In this document: positions 16,825 through 26,746 of the stretch, piece by piece | Layout of the letters: each line of letters starts with the position of its first letter | How positions within the stretch are numbered: position 1 is the stretch's first letter | DNA from: Planctopirus limnophila DSM 3776 | Lineage (GTDB): Bacteria > Planctomycetota > Planctomycetia > Planctomycetales > Planctomycetaceae | Assembly (NCBI RefSeq): GCF_000092105.1 | Contig: NC_014148.1 | Location: 1,350,001-1,382,000, forward strand | Reading direction: 5' to 3' | Length of the DNA: 32,000 nucleotides | Translations under genes and position numbers: made by a program | Notes under the pieces: generated by a model | The model's input: the letters and a program-made list of their open reading frames with translations, nothing else | Databases searched by the model: none | What the model was told of the DNA's origin: nothing

Positions 16825-19002
16825 CTAATTGCTCACGAAGGTTCTGAGGGACCTGAGTGCGCCAGGTAAGTCGAGGCAATCTGCGGCAAACGATTCCTGA
16901 AGCAAACTCTCGGGGATAAAGTTATCCCATTTGCGTCGTACAAGTTGATGGCTCAGTTGAGCCAATTCCAATCCGAATGGCGTTTGGCGAAGAATTCGCT
17001 CCAGGCTGGATCGATTCTCCTCGCAAAATTCAATCGAAAAGGAAAGGCCCCGCGGTCGCAGTTCTGCTGAGACGCCCGCCCATTCAAACAACAGTTGGAG
17101 CGTTCGCATCACGGCTGTTCCCGTCCAGGGAAACCATTCAACTACGTCATTGGTAAGCGGAACAACATCTGATGTGGCAAGCCCAGAATCCGTTGCAACT
17201 TGACGAGCTTCATTCAGCAGTTTCACGGCAAACGAATCCAGATAAACAGGGACAGCGGAACTTTGCAGCACCTCTCGCATTTTTACTCGAATCTCATGAG
17301 CGATCTCGCCACCACTACTAAAAAACATTGGGGGTTTACGACCACGGGCCGACTGTACTTGAACCTCTTCCCTCTCGTGATCGACATTCACCACCTGCCA
17401 GCGACGGCCTGCAAGAATCAAATGTTCTCCCAGAGGTGGTACATTTTCCCTAGTGAGTCGCCCCAGGACACGACTTCCCGAAACCACTCGATATTCTAAA
17501 GGTGAAATGAAAGCCGCATAGAATTCATAATGACGAACAAATCGTTCGCCGAACAACCCGAGTATCAACAGGCCATCTGGTGTTTGTTCAATCAAATCAT
17601 GACTTGCGAGTCCCCTTAGAAGTGTCACGAATTGCTGGGAGTTGATGAAACTGAAGACGCCATCGCAAACAAGTTGGTCGAAGAGTGACGTCGCTAAAAT
17701 ACCACCCCTTTCAGCGATAACACTGAGAATCTGTTGCGTGAGCGTACTGAGATCAAATGGTCGTGTGCGAGGAGATTCCACCCATCGATCAAGCATCAGT
17801 TCTGTCAACGCAATTCCCTGGAGCAGGTCTGGGTAGAGACGATCTGAAAGTTCGCTATGTGCTCCAGGATGCTTCTCAATGATGAACATGCGAAGCTGAT
17901 GAGTTTCTCCATCACGACGTCCACTCCGGCCCAACCGCTGCAGCATCGAACTTACAGACCAGCAGGGGCCAATTTGACCCACTCCGCGAACATTTCCAAT
18001 ATCGATCCCTAGTTCAAGTGTTGAAGAACAAATTGCAGTATAAGGGCGTTGGCCCTGCATCAGCCGCTCTGTCTCTTCGCGAATGTCTTTGGAGATTGAT
18101 CCATGATGGATTAGAAACTCTTCTCCCGTCGAATTTTTTCTCCCAAGTTCGTTCAGACGATCAGTCGTCAATTCAATGACGGATTTGCTGTTCGCGAAAA
18201 TCAAATTCTTTGAGCCGCGGTAATTGTCAAAGAGTTCCTGAAAGACATCCTCCGGTGAGACATACTCAGGATCTGATGGATCTGAGTCTTTATCCAATAT
18301 CTGCGAATACGCATGCAGACGAAACTGAATCCGTTTCTCGTCACCTTCATCACAGATAATCTCGACAGAGTCCTGGTCGCCTGGTCGGATCCACTCGGCA
18401 GCAGCTTTGAGATCACCGATCGTTGCAGATAGCGCAAGGATTCGAGGCCGTGTTATTGCGTGGTGGTCAAGCCGGTAAAGTTGACTCCGGAGTTGCGTGC
18501 CGCGTTCATTTCCCAACAACGCATGGAGTTCGTCAATAACGACAAAGGAGAGGGAATGAAAGATTCGAGATAAGGCTGTACTGCGGTTAATTAACAGCGA
18601 TTCAAGTGATTCCGGCGTAATTAATAAGACGCCTCCAGGGCAAGTGACAAGTTGTTTCTTTTTGTCGGCCGAAACATCTCCATGCCAACGGTGGACTGGG
18701 ATTTCTGCATACTCACAAAGTTCTTCAAGACGACGAAACTGATCATTGATGAGTGCTTTGAGTGGCCCAATGTAGAGAGCTCTGACAGATCCGACAGGAG
18801 CAGTACAGACATCTGAAAGGATTGGCAGAAACGCAGCCTCTGTTTTGCCAGCCGCAGTCCGTGCTGCAAGAATCAAATCTGATTTTCTCTGCATCACAGC
18901 AGTAATAGCATGTTCCTGCAATGGGCGTAGCTTATTCCAGCCCATTCTCCAGAGGCTACGCCGAATTGGTTCGGCGAGAAGTTCATCGGGATGGTGCTTC
19001 AT
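16825..19002 (-). CDS. sngC: Shango SngC, Lhr-like DEAD/DEAH helicase
   Basis: 725 aa. Walker A is AARTAAGKTEAA, motif II is VVIDELHAL and motif VI is QRLGRSGRR. It has a long C-terminal extension. A 4-nt overlap couples it to the upstream ATPase gene. Confidence 0.78.
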   Translation of the reverse strand: MKHHPDELLAEPIRRSLWRMGWNKLRPLQEHAITAVMQRKSDLILAARTAAGKTEAAFLPILSDVCTAPVGSVRALYIGPLKALINDQFRRLEELCEYAEIPVHRWHGDVSADKKKQLVTCPGGVLLITPESLESLLINRSTALSRIFHSLSFVVIDELHALLGNERGTQLRSQLYRLDHHAITRPRILALSATIGDLKAAAEWIRPGDQDSVEIICDEGDEKRIQFRLHAYSQILDKDSDPSDPEYVSPEDVFQELFDNYRGSKNLIFANSKSVIELTTDRLNELGRKNSTGEEFLIHHGSISKDIREETERLMQGQRPYTAICSSTLELGIDIGNVRGVGQIGPCWSVSSMLQRLGRSGRRDGETHQLRMFIIEKHPGAHSELSDRLYPDLLQGIALTELMLDRWVESPRTRPFDLSTLTQQILSVIAERGGILATSLFDQLVCDGVFSFINSQQFVTLLRGLASHDLIEQTPDGLLILGLFGERFVRHYEFYAAFISPLEYRVVSGSRVLGRLTRENVPPLGEHLILAGRRWQVVNVDHEREEVQVQSARGRKPPMFFSSGGEIAHEIRVKMREVLQSSAVPVYLDSFAVKLLNEARQVATDSGLATSDVVPLTNDVVEWFPWTGTAVMRTLQLLFEWAGVSAELRPRGLSFSIEFCEENRSSLERILRQTPFGLELAQLSHQLVRRKWDNFIPESLLQESFAADCLDLPGALRSLRTFVSN

Positions 19003-20339
19003 AATCGAAACGTCGTTAGGTCGTCGGAGTTTTTTGGCAGATTTTCAGAATTTTCTTCCCTTGCGGTATCAAGGTTCATCTCGTCCGTAGTGGGGACAAA
19101 AGATTCAGCCTGTTTTATCGAGAGCAATTGCTCCCAAGATGCTGTGGGATTCTGTTGAAGAACCTGCATTAGGCCCACAAAATCCTTAACAGTATCACGC
19201 GGCGTTTGGAAATAGGACGATCCCATGCGTTGCTGGCAGACTTCCAAGTATCTCACAATACCTTCATCGGGAAGTAGTCGCTTCGCAAGGTCGCCACCGT
19301 CAAACACATTTCGAATATTGTCGAGCAGCACATAACAATCTTCGGCAGTGAGGCTTTCTAAATGGACGACAGGCGCATTGAGATCCCTTAATCCTTCCGA
19401 AGCAAAGCGATTGGCAGCAAGTCGTGTGGCCAATGCTTCATAGCTGAAAATTCCTCTGCGACGGTCTTCGAGACACTCGGGTGTTCCTGCGAAAACAAAA
19501 CCAATTCCACTTGCGCGCCCCTGCAGCGAATCATTCACAATACGAAGAATCGCTTCGTAATTGTTGTTACGCGCCACTGTGTTGTTTAAACGATGTGATA
19601 GAACCACTAACTCATCAACGTTGACGAGCAGCCCTGCAAATCCTGCCATTCGGACAAATGCAGCAAGGAGTTTCAAATAATCATAGAATGAATCATCCTC
19701 AATGATGGAGCGGACTCCAAGGTCCTGCCGGGCTTCTGTTTTTGTGGCGTATTCTCCACGCAACCAGCGCAATGCAGCTTGCTGTTGTACTTCGTTATGA
19801 GTCAAAAAGCCCTCAAAATATTTGACAATCACATTGGCAAAGTCGTAGCCACTGACGAGTTCCTGCAGCGGTTGAAGTCGCTTGAGAAGTTCTCTGCGGA
19901 CGCCCTCATCGTCGCCCCCATCTTCGCGCACCTCATGATCCACATCACCAACCCAGCGTTGGACGAGATTTGGCAAGGCTCCGCCGTCGGGCTTGGATCT
20001 CGTCGACAGATTCTTGATTAGCTCTGCATAAAGAGATCTTGCTTGGCCATTTGATCCGTGCAGTCGTCGCTCTGTCGTGATGTCTGCTTGGGCCACCACA
20101 AACTTCCGTTGGAGAGCAACGGTTCGCAGTAGGTTCAGAAAGAATGTCTTTCCACTGCCAAATCGCCCAATAATGAAGCGGCAAGCCGCACCACCTTGTC
20201 CAACCTGTTCAAGATCCCGCACGAGAGCTTGTACCTCGTCGTTGCGGCCTACCTGAATATGGTGCAAACCAATACCGGGAACCACTCCGGCAGCCAAGGA
20301 TTGAATGATCGCAGTCCGTTCTCGGGCAGGGATGGTCAT
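18999..20339 (-). CDS. sngB: Shango SngB, BrxD/DUF2791-like ATPase
   Basis: 446 aa. Walker A is GRFGSGKTFFL and Walker B is LLVNVDELV. It has 4-nt overlaps with both neighbouring genes. Confidence 0.78.
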   Translation of the reverse strand: MTIPARERTAIIQSLAAGVVPGIGLHHIQVGRNDEVQALVRDLEQVGQGGAACRFIIGRFGSGKTFFLNLLRTVALQRKFVVAQADITTERRLHGSNGQARSLYAELIKNLSTRSKPDGGALPNLVQRWVGDVDHEVREDGGDDEGVRRELLKRLQPLQELVSGYDFANVIVKYFEGFLTHNEVQQQAALRWLRGEYATKTEARQDLGVRSIIEDDSFYDYLKLLAAFVRMAGFAGLLVNVDELVVLSHRLNNTVARNNNYEAILRIVNDSLQGRASGIGFVFAGTPECLEDRRRGIFSYEALATRLAANRFASEGLRDLNAPVVHLESLTAEDCYVLLDNIRNVFDGGDLAKRLLPDEGIVRYLEVCQQRMGSSYFQTPRDTVKDFVGLMQVLQQNPTASWEQLLSIKQAESFVPTTDEMNLDTAREENSENLPKNSDDLTTFRL

Positions 20340-22543
20340 GGAGTCTCTCTAACTTGTGGAAGTAGTTCACGCTGCACGACGATGAACTCGCCATCTTCAA
20401 TCAGCAACGCGTCAGGCAGTCGGTCGAAAGCCCACTCATTGATTTGCTCAATCGCCGCTCCCAGCATGAGACCGCGACTCCTAGCCTCTGTTTCCAATGA
20501 CTTTAGCGGCCATTGTTCTTCTGCGATAAGGAACCTTGCAAAAGGAACAAGCCGAGAGGAAAGTCCTTCAAAGCGTGAGTCCGCCAGAGTTTCTTGAGAA
20601 GTCGCGACTGGAACGATTAAAGCGGAAACGGATTCTGTCGAATGCGTGGGAAGTTCGACGTCAGCATTATCGACTTCAAAATCCTCCCGTAGGGCATCGC
20701 GGAGGAACTGTGTTACTTTAGCTGTTTCGGTCATAATTGCATTAATACGATTGAGATCAAGCTGGAAGGTCTCCGAAGCTTGCGCGGCGGTTGATGCGAC
20801 AGCCTGAGCTGGTATTGAAATCGACTGGAGGAGCTGCTTGAGGTCTGATGTTTCCAATCCCAGCGCTCGATAGGCCTTTCCAAGGGCTTTGACTTCTGCG
20901 GGATCAATCACCTCATCGGCAGCAGCAATACCGACAAGGAATTCACCCACTTGCTTCCGTTGGGGGACAGTCAGGTTTTTTTGTAGAGTACGAGCAGCAG
21001 AGAATTCTGTCGGGGGATACTTCGTTAGCAAATACCGCAGATATTCCAGTCGCAAGGAATCTTGAGCAGAGAGTTGAAATTGAGTTTCCAGGTGGGTGCC
21101 GAGTCGACCGAGTTCGATCGGGTCGATCTGACCATCAGCGGCTGCAATCGCGACACCTAACTCCATTACGACTGCTGCCGCATGGTACGACGCAATGTCT
21201 TCGCTCAACTCCTCACTAGCCGGAAAGACATTGACCGGCTGATCCCAATCATAAGCTTTTCCTGTGAGTCGAGGGTCTGGTTCGAGTGCCAGTCGCATGT
21301 GAGTCGCTGTCAGTGCCAATTCCATTGATTGACTTTTTGTCAGCTTCTTCCTTTCCGAGATTCCTTCGAGCTTGGCGAGCTCTCCTATCGGGACGACCGT
21401 CCAGCCATCTTCCGTGACATGACGATTCATGACCGCATGCCAGATTTTGAAGTGAGGATGTTCCCATCCACGCAGATGTTCGGGCAATGACTCATACATC
21501 TCGGCCGTCATCGCACTACCATTAGACTTTCGATGAGCCCGATCGTAGGCTTTGAGCTCTTCGTTGGTCTGTACACAGACATCGATCAATGGTTGAAGTT
21601 GTGAGTTGAGCCCTAGAACATTGGGAATTCGCTCCTCCGCCAAGGGACCGCCAGAATCTTGCAAACGCCCAAGCGTGGCACTGGCGGGATAGTATTCAAA
21701 TTGCTTGTCACGCCTTCCAGTCCGCAAACGAAAGCCATCCGGATACTTTTGACGTAGGCCACGTTCGAACGAATCGCGGTGGAGTTCCGCATGTCGCTGT
21801 GAGATGACGCTGCGAGGCGTGCGAACATCGTTCTCGACGAGGCGATGAACCAGGGTAGTGGGGAGTACTGCCTGCATTTTTGCAAAGCATGCTAGACAGG
21901 TATTCAAAGTTTGTTCGCTCCAAGACCCTGTTTCGAGCGCTTGCTCCATCACCTTTCCGGTAACCGATGTTGATTTTAAACTGAGCCAGATGGTCGCCCA
22001 CAGCAACGATGTGCCGTATTGTCGAAATGATCGCGACGAAGAATAGATTTTCAGCAGCCGAATGAGTTCCTCTGCGATCGACGTATGGTCGGCTCCGTCG
22101 ATCAATACCCGTCGTTCGAGGCCATAAAAATAGATAAAAACGTAACCCAAGGGGATTGCCGGATCAGACCTGCCACCAATCAACCAGTCGAGATAACGCG
22201 ATCTCTGGGCGGGTGAGGAACCTCGATAACTCGGCCAATAAGGAAGGTCTTCAGCCTCTGTCCCTGATGGTGCTACTGGCAAGCCGGTTTCGATGAGAGA
22301 TGCATCCGGTGCGGCGTCCGCTATTCCCGGAAACACATACACGAGTGGGCTGACAACTTGACCACGATCAAACAGTAGTTTCGTTTTTGAATCGTAGAAC
22401 TTTGCTTGTGGTTGAGGTTTGGGATTCCAGGTTCGTTTAGCGAAATCCCAGACGTTTTCTCTGGAACTCCCACTTGACCTTTTTTGCTCCTGCTTAGCCT
22501 GCGCCCCCGTCACCCGCCTCCAAAGTTCGACGAACGGTTCCAT
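20336..22543 (-). CDS. sngA: Shango SngA, TerB-N / TerB domain protein
   Basis: 735 aa. The TerB-N-like block is YWPSYRGSSPAQRSRYLDWLIGGR. Two TerB-like acidic motifs are AAADGQIDPIELGRL and AAADEVIDPAEVKAL. It is the first gene of a three-gene operon in the order TerB, ATPase, helicase. Confidence 0.78.
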   Translation of the reverse strand: MEPFVELWRRVTGAQAKQEQKRSSGSSRENVWDFAKRTWNPKPQPQAKFYDSKTKLLFDRGQVVSPLVYVFPGIADAAPDASLIETGLPVAPSGTEAEDLPYWPSYRGSSPAQRSRYLDWLIGGRSDPAIPLGYVFIYFYGLERRVLIDGADHTSIAEELIRLLKIYSSSRSFRQYGTSLLWATIWLSLKSTSVTGKVMEQALETGSWSEQTLNTCLACFAKMQAVLPTTLVHRLVENDVRTPRSVISQRHAELHRDSFERGLRQKYPDGFRLRTGRRDKQFEYYPASATLGRLQDSGGPLAEERIPNVLGLNSQLQPLIDVCVQTNEELKAYDRAHRKSNGSAMTAEMYESLPEHLRGWEHPHFKIWHAVMNRHVTEDGWTVVPIGELAKLEGISERKKLTKSQSMELALTATHMRLALEPDPRLTGKAYDWDQPVNVFPASEELSEDIASYHAAAVVMELGVAIAAADGQIDPIELGRLGTHLETQFQLSAQDSLRLEYLRYLLTKYPPTEFSAARTLQKNLTVPQRKQVGEFLVGIAAADEVIDPAEVKALGKAYRALGLETSDLKQLLQSISIPAQAVASTAAQASETFQLDLNRINAIMTETAKVTQFLRDALREDFEVDNADVELPTHSTESVSALIVPVATSQETLADSRFEGLSSRLVPFARFLIAEEQWPLKSLETEARSRGLMLGAAIEQINEWAFDRLPDALLIEDGEFIVVQRELLPQVRETP

Positions 22544-23112
22544 AGAATTCAGTTTCTCAAGAAAGTAAGTTGGCGATAGAGAGATTATGCGATGAATTTA
22601 CCAGTATGTGCATGGGTCCTCTACTATCTGTTCTTCATTTTTTTCACATCACGGAGTTCCCTGATCGAGCGTTTGGAACCGATTTCACGCCAAACCTGAG
22701 GCTCTACCAATATCCTGGAGAATTCAGCACAGAAAATAGATCGTTCTGCAGGCATCAGATTTTCACATGAACTCGTGAGGGTTTGGATCGAGGTTTAAAA
22801 GTAACCGATGTGTTACGAACTCACTTTGTGTCATCTGTTTCTAAGTTTGCTTACGCATCCAAATGAAACTCATCTGACGGTCCCAAACAAAGACGTCGTA
22901 GACTTGGAAGATTTTCAGGATATGAATTGGATGTCTGACATCCGCAGTGCTGCCAGGAAAGGTGGTTCATTGCCGTCTTCGCACTTGGAGGGACACAAAT
23001 GTCACTTGAGCTGGATTTCTCTCGTTAAAGTACCTGTTCCGGTATCTAAAACTCCACCTCAACATGGAATGTTTGCACGCCAGAGTATCCGACCACAAAA
23101 GATCCAGAACTT

Positions 23113-26100
23113 TTAGTCACTCTCCAAACCATGATCTGAACTTTGCTGAATAATGTCTTCCAATTCTTCTCGGCCACTGAGTGTCCTGATGGCTGGCGGC
23201 GTCTTGAGAAGTTGTCCACATCGGGCAAGAGTTTGATTCAGGAGTGTAGCAGATGAATTCGCGTTGTGCGTGGAGTAGATGCCGAGTACAGAGCGTGCTC
23301 TCGTCATGGCGACGTAGAGACTGGATGCCAGCACGTTATCGTCTGAGTCAATAAAATTATCGGCACATGGAATGAGCACGACTTCAGCTTCGTAGCCTTT
23401 GAATGAATTTGCGGTCGTCACCAACAATGTCTTACGTTTCCGCTCGAACTTCTGGCTTTTTTGCAGGGAGAGTTCGACATTGAACTGCTCCAGTCGCGGG
23501 GCGACATCGGACAGCAGCCGTTCCCAAATCCAGTTCCCATTGATAATCAGACAGATATCATTTGGTGGCACTTTCTCGTCAATCAAAAGCTTCACCAAAT
23601 CGTTTTGGAGAACTTCCAGTTCGTGATCTCTGGTGGCGTGCTGGCGAACATAGGGTCGGGGTCCGTCAATTTGGTTGTATTCCACTCGCAACCACTCTTC
23701 ACGATCTCGCAATTCTTTGGTCAAAAGTCCGAGTGACTGGAGTTCTTTGTGATCCTGCAAATCGGCAGTTGGCGCTAATCGCTGCAAAACATTGACAGCG
23801 AACTCGGTAATCGGACGGGTTGAGCGAAAGCTCTCTTTCATCACGGTCGATCGGCCACGGAGATCGAGGCCAAACTCGGACCATTTTGGTGTTTTCCGAC
23901 CATATAAGTTCTGGGCATTGTCGAAGAAAATGTGTGCCGACCGACTGTTGTGGTCTTCAGGTCGAGTTTGTTCCACGAGGGAGAGGAGAAGTCTCAGAGT
24001 GTGGGGGCCCATGTCCTGGGCTTCATCCAGAAACAAGGCCCGGCATGAATGTCGGATTGTTGTTTCTGACTGCTGATTCAAAAAGTCCTCCGAGGCCTTA
24101 TCGTAGTTGAATTTGTATTGCTCCATCGAAAGCCCGACGCTCGGCAGGAGCTGCGCAAGCAGATCGCGCACATGAATCAGTTCCACTTGGTCCCAAGGGA
24201 ACTCCAGTAGATTCCGTTGATTCTTCCAGGCGGCCTCAATGGAACTGCTGAGCAAACTATGCAGTGTTCGATTGGCGTAAACGGCCCAGATTTTTGCTTG
24301 GGGATCACCCTGCAAACGACTGGCTGTCTGAGCCAGCCAATTGGAAAGGACCACGGTCTTTCCGCTTCCCGCCACACCGCGTACCAGACGTGGTTTCCCA
24401 TCCAACTCCAGTTGACTCAGTCGCTGCTGTTCCTGGGACAAAATGGGCTTCATCTTGCGGCGCAAGGCAAATTGCCCACCCAACGTGTCGTCCCCCTCGC
24501 AAGGTTCATCGGCATCAGGAGGTGTGAGCTGACTTGCGGACTGCCACTGAACTCCCCCTCTTTTCTTAACCAGAACTTGAGGGGTGAGCAATTGCCCTAG
24601 AGGACTGAGATAGGGTTCTTCCATTTCACTACGACTGGCGATCACAATCACGGCTTCTCGTGCACGACTGATCGCCACATTCACCAAGCGTTTCCACTCG
24701 TCATGGGGCCATTGATGACTCCCTGCGTTCACCGTGTCAAAAATCACAACATCAGCTTCTGATCCCTGCTGACGATGCACCGTTGATGCTTCCCAGCTTT
24801 CGAGCCTGTTTTCAGCAAACCATTGACCAAACATTTGAGCCTGGGCGACATAGGGAGAAATGAAAAGCCCATGGCAAGTTCTCATTTCCGATGCTTGCAG
24901 GATCTTCTCCAAGACGGCCAGAGATCCCTTTCGAATCCAACTCCGATTTCCTGGCCCACGCTCGGCACGAATGGAGGCCAGGTTTTTGTTTTCTTCATCA
25001 ATCACGTACCAAATGGCCCGTGGCTGCTGGCTAAGACATGGAGGCAATGGACAAGGTCGCGAGTTGACTTCTGGAGCCGTGGTCAGAATGGAACCGTACT
25101 GATAGGCCGAGACGACCTGACAGATCTCAGGACGCATTCGCCGTTGTTCTGTTAGCACATGGACAGCAGGCGAGACGTTGGTCATGTGATGAAGATGGCT
25201 GACACCACTACTGGCTAGCCAAGCCTGTTGAACCGTCGTCAACACGCGCCGCACGCGACTGATGGGCGCCAGCTGTTTGGAATCACCGACCAACACAACT
25301 CGTCGAGCTGCCAAAAGAGAAAGTGCCGCTGTCGCTGCCCTGGAGATGAGACCTGCTTCATCAATCACAATCGTCGTGAAGGGGGCCTCGTTACGCTCCA
25401 GCAACGAACGTACTGTCTCCTGGTGGAGAAACTGGAGGGCCTTAAACGACGTTGTGATCACAACCCGGAAGTCGCGATGGGTAAAGATGACTCGCCCATG
25501 GTCGCCCACCGAGGATCGGAGTTCTTGAATTTTCTTTCGAAGGAAGGCCTTCTCTTCCCAGGAGTCAACCAGAGGCAGTTGACGACTCAACAATTCGATC
25601 TCACGCAACTTCTCGGTTTCTGTGCCAACGAGCATTGAGTCAAGACCATGGCTCTGAAATCGATCGACGGCCGCCCCGCGTCCAATCCGAACAAGTCCTA
25701 GTTCTTCAACATGGGAGTCTGCGAGTTCGACCGTAGCAGTTCCGATCGATAAAGCCACTGCATCTGTTGCCCGATTGGTCGTGGAGACAACCAGAATTCG
25801 TTCCGTAGGGTCCGCCAGTGCGGCAGCCACTTGACGGCCGATGGTGTAGGTTTTGCCTGTTCCGGGTGGACCCCAGAGCATACTCCAACTGTATTGCCAC
25901 CATGGGGAGAGTTCTTTGAGTCCTCCAGCGGCGGTATGCCGGACTTGGGGGGATTGACTCCCCGTGGCAGCGCTCAATCGTTGACTGAGAACTTCAGAAA
26001 GTGACCGGAACCGCTCTTCATGGTAAATGTCATCAAGGGTACCGAGAAAATCAAAGGGCCTGACCAGAAATGTCCCCACAGTGGGAGGATGATCCGAACT

Positions 26101-26523
26101 GGTCAAGCTAATGAACAAGCATCCCTGTTGGGGATCAACTTCCAGAATTTCGCCTGACCACTGGCTGGCCTCTTCGACAGGCGATTCTTCAAAGTCGGCC
26201 AGGTCAATGGCATCATTCTCCTCCAGAGCGTGTGGCCGAAAGGCCAAGGCACCTTCCCACGTCCAATCAAACTCAAGACCGCTGCCAACATAGATCGCAA
26301 AGATTACTCCACGATCACTCTCGGAAAACACATGCACTTTCTGGCAAGTCAGACGGACCCATCGTGAGCTGATTCGCAGTTCTTCGCGTACCGCCTTGCG
26401 AGCATCTCGAAGATAGGTCGGATCACCGCTAGACAGGGTCAGTTCCTGGGGAAATCGGGCGGGTTCCCCGCACGCATCTCCAATGAACGAGTCAGCGGCA
26501 TCTTGATGAGTGTCCTCACGCAC
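23113..26523 (-). CDS. Tandem SF1 helicase fusion: N-terminal Upf1/Dna2-like (SF1B) core plus C-terminal UvrD-like (SF1A) core
   Basis: 1136 aa. The first core carries GPPGTGKT (nt 25849-25872), VIDEAGLI, VLVGDSKQLAPI, LTEQRRMRPEI, TVHRQQGSEADVVIFD and NVAISRAREAV. The second core carries GVAGSGKT (nt 24355-24378), LFLDEAQDMG, FFDNAQNLYG, SFRSTRPI, TTANSFKGYEAEVVLI and LYVAMTRARSVL. The N-terminal 200 aa or so have no motif I recognise. Confidence 0.85.
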   Translation of the reverse strand: MREDTHQDAADSFIGDACGEPARFPQELTLSSGDPTYLRDARKAVREELRISSRWVRLTCQKVHVFSESDRGVIFAIYVGSGLEFDWTWEGALAFRPHALEENDAIDLADFEESPVEEASQWSGEILEVDPQQGCLFISLTSSDHPPTVGTFLVRPFDFLGTLDDIYHEERFRSLSEVLSQRLSAATGSQSPQVRHTAAGGLKELSPWWQYSWSMLWGPPGTGKTYTIGRQVAAALADPTERILVVSTTNRATDAVALSIGTATVELADSHVEELGLVRIGRGAAVDRFQSHGLDSMLVGTETEKLREIELLSRQLPLVDSWEEKAFLRKKIQELRSSVGDHGRVIFTHRDFRVVITTSFKALQFLHQETVRSLLERNEAPFTTIVIDEAGLISRAATAALSLLAARRVVLVGDSKQLAPISRVRRVLTTVQQAWLASSGVSHLHHMTNVSPAVHVLTEQRRMRPEICQVVSAYQYGSILTTAPEVNSRPCPLPPCLSQQPRAIWYVIDEENKNLASIRAERGPGNRSWIRKGSLAVLEKILQASEMRTCHGLFISPYVAQAQMFGQWFAENRLESWEASTVHRQQGSEADVVIFDTVNAGSHQWPHDEWKRLVNVAISRAREAVIVIASRSEMEEPYLSPLGQLLTPQVLVKKRGGVQWQSASQLTPPDADEPCEGDDTLGGQFALRRKMKPILSQEQQRLSQLELDGKPRLVRGVAGSGKTVVLSNWLAQTASRLQGDPQAKIWAVYANRTLHSLLSSSIEAAWKNQRNLLEFPWDQVELIHVRDLLAQLLPSVGLSMEQYKFNYDKASEDFLNQQSETTIRHSCRALFLDEAQDMGPHTLRLLLSLVEQTRPEDHNSRSAHIFFDNAQNLYGRKTPKWSEFGLDLRGRSTVMKESFRSTRPITEFAVNVLQRLAPTADLQDHKELQSLGLLTKELRDREEWLRVEYNQIDGPRPYVRQHATRDHELEVLQNDLVKLLIDEKVPPNDICLIINGNWIWERLLSDVAPRLEQFNVELSLQKSQKFERKRKTLLVTTANSFKGYEAEVVLIPCADNFIDSDDNVLASSLYVAMTRARSVLGIYSTHNANSSATLLNQTLARCGQLLKTPPAIRTLSGREELEDIIQQSSDHGLESD

Positions 26524-26713
26524 AGGGGTGACAGCTTTCGAATGGATTTGAGTTTTGTTTTGTTCACTGAAGGAAGTGTAATGCGAGCAGGAAGGTATTT
26601 GCGAAGATGAAATTTGAGTGAATGTGAGCCCAATTTATTCGACAGGACGTCATCACAAAAGAGGCTGACCAGAGGGGTGAATCGAACCCGTGGCAGTCAG
26701 CAAGTCTTGGAAA

Positions 26714-26746
26714 ATCAAGGTGATTTCGCTGAAATCCTCCCTTGAT
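26714..26746. repeat. Long imperfect hairpin in the helicase upstream region
   Basis: atcaagg (26714-26720) pairs with ccttgat (26740-26746). An inner helix pairs gatttc (26722-26727) with gaaatc (26731-26736) around a 3-nt loop. Confidence 0.7.

Noticed and set aside
22570-23116. Plus-strand ORFs of 66 aa and 102 aa in the AT-rich spacer between the sngA start and the end of the dual helicase gene.
   Set aside because: They show no recognisable motifs and have odd composition. The region is more plausibly the Shango promoter and leader plus the helicase 3' region. The 102-aa ORF only ends by running into the helicase stop region.
26665-26700. A tRNA-like T-arm signature on the minus strand (GGTTCGATTCACCC), suggesting a tRNA or tmRNA gene that could act as an integration target.
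   Set aside because: The flanking bases do not form a 5-bp T-stem. No acceptor stem or 7-nt anticodon loop can be drawn. The adjacent long hairpin has a 3-nt loop. I could not fold a cloverleaf.
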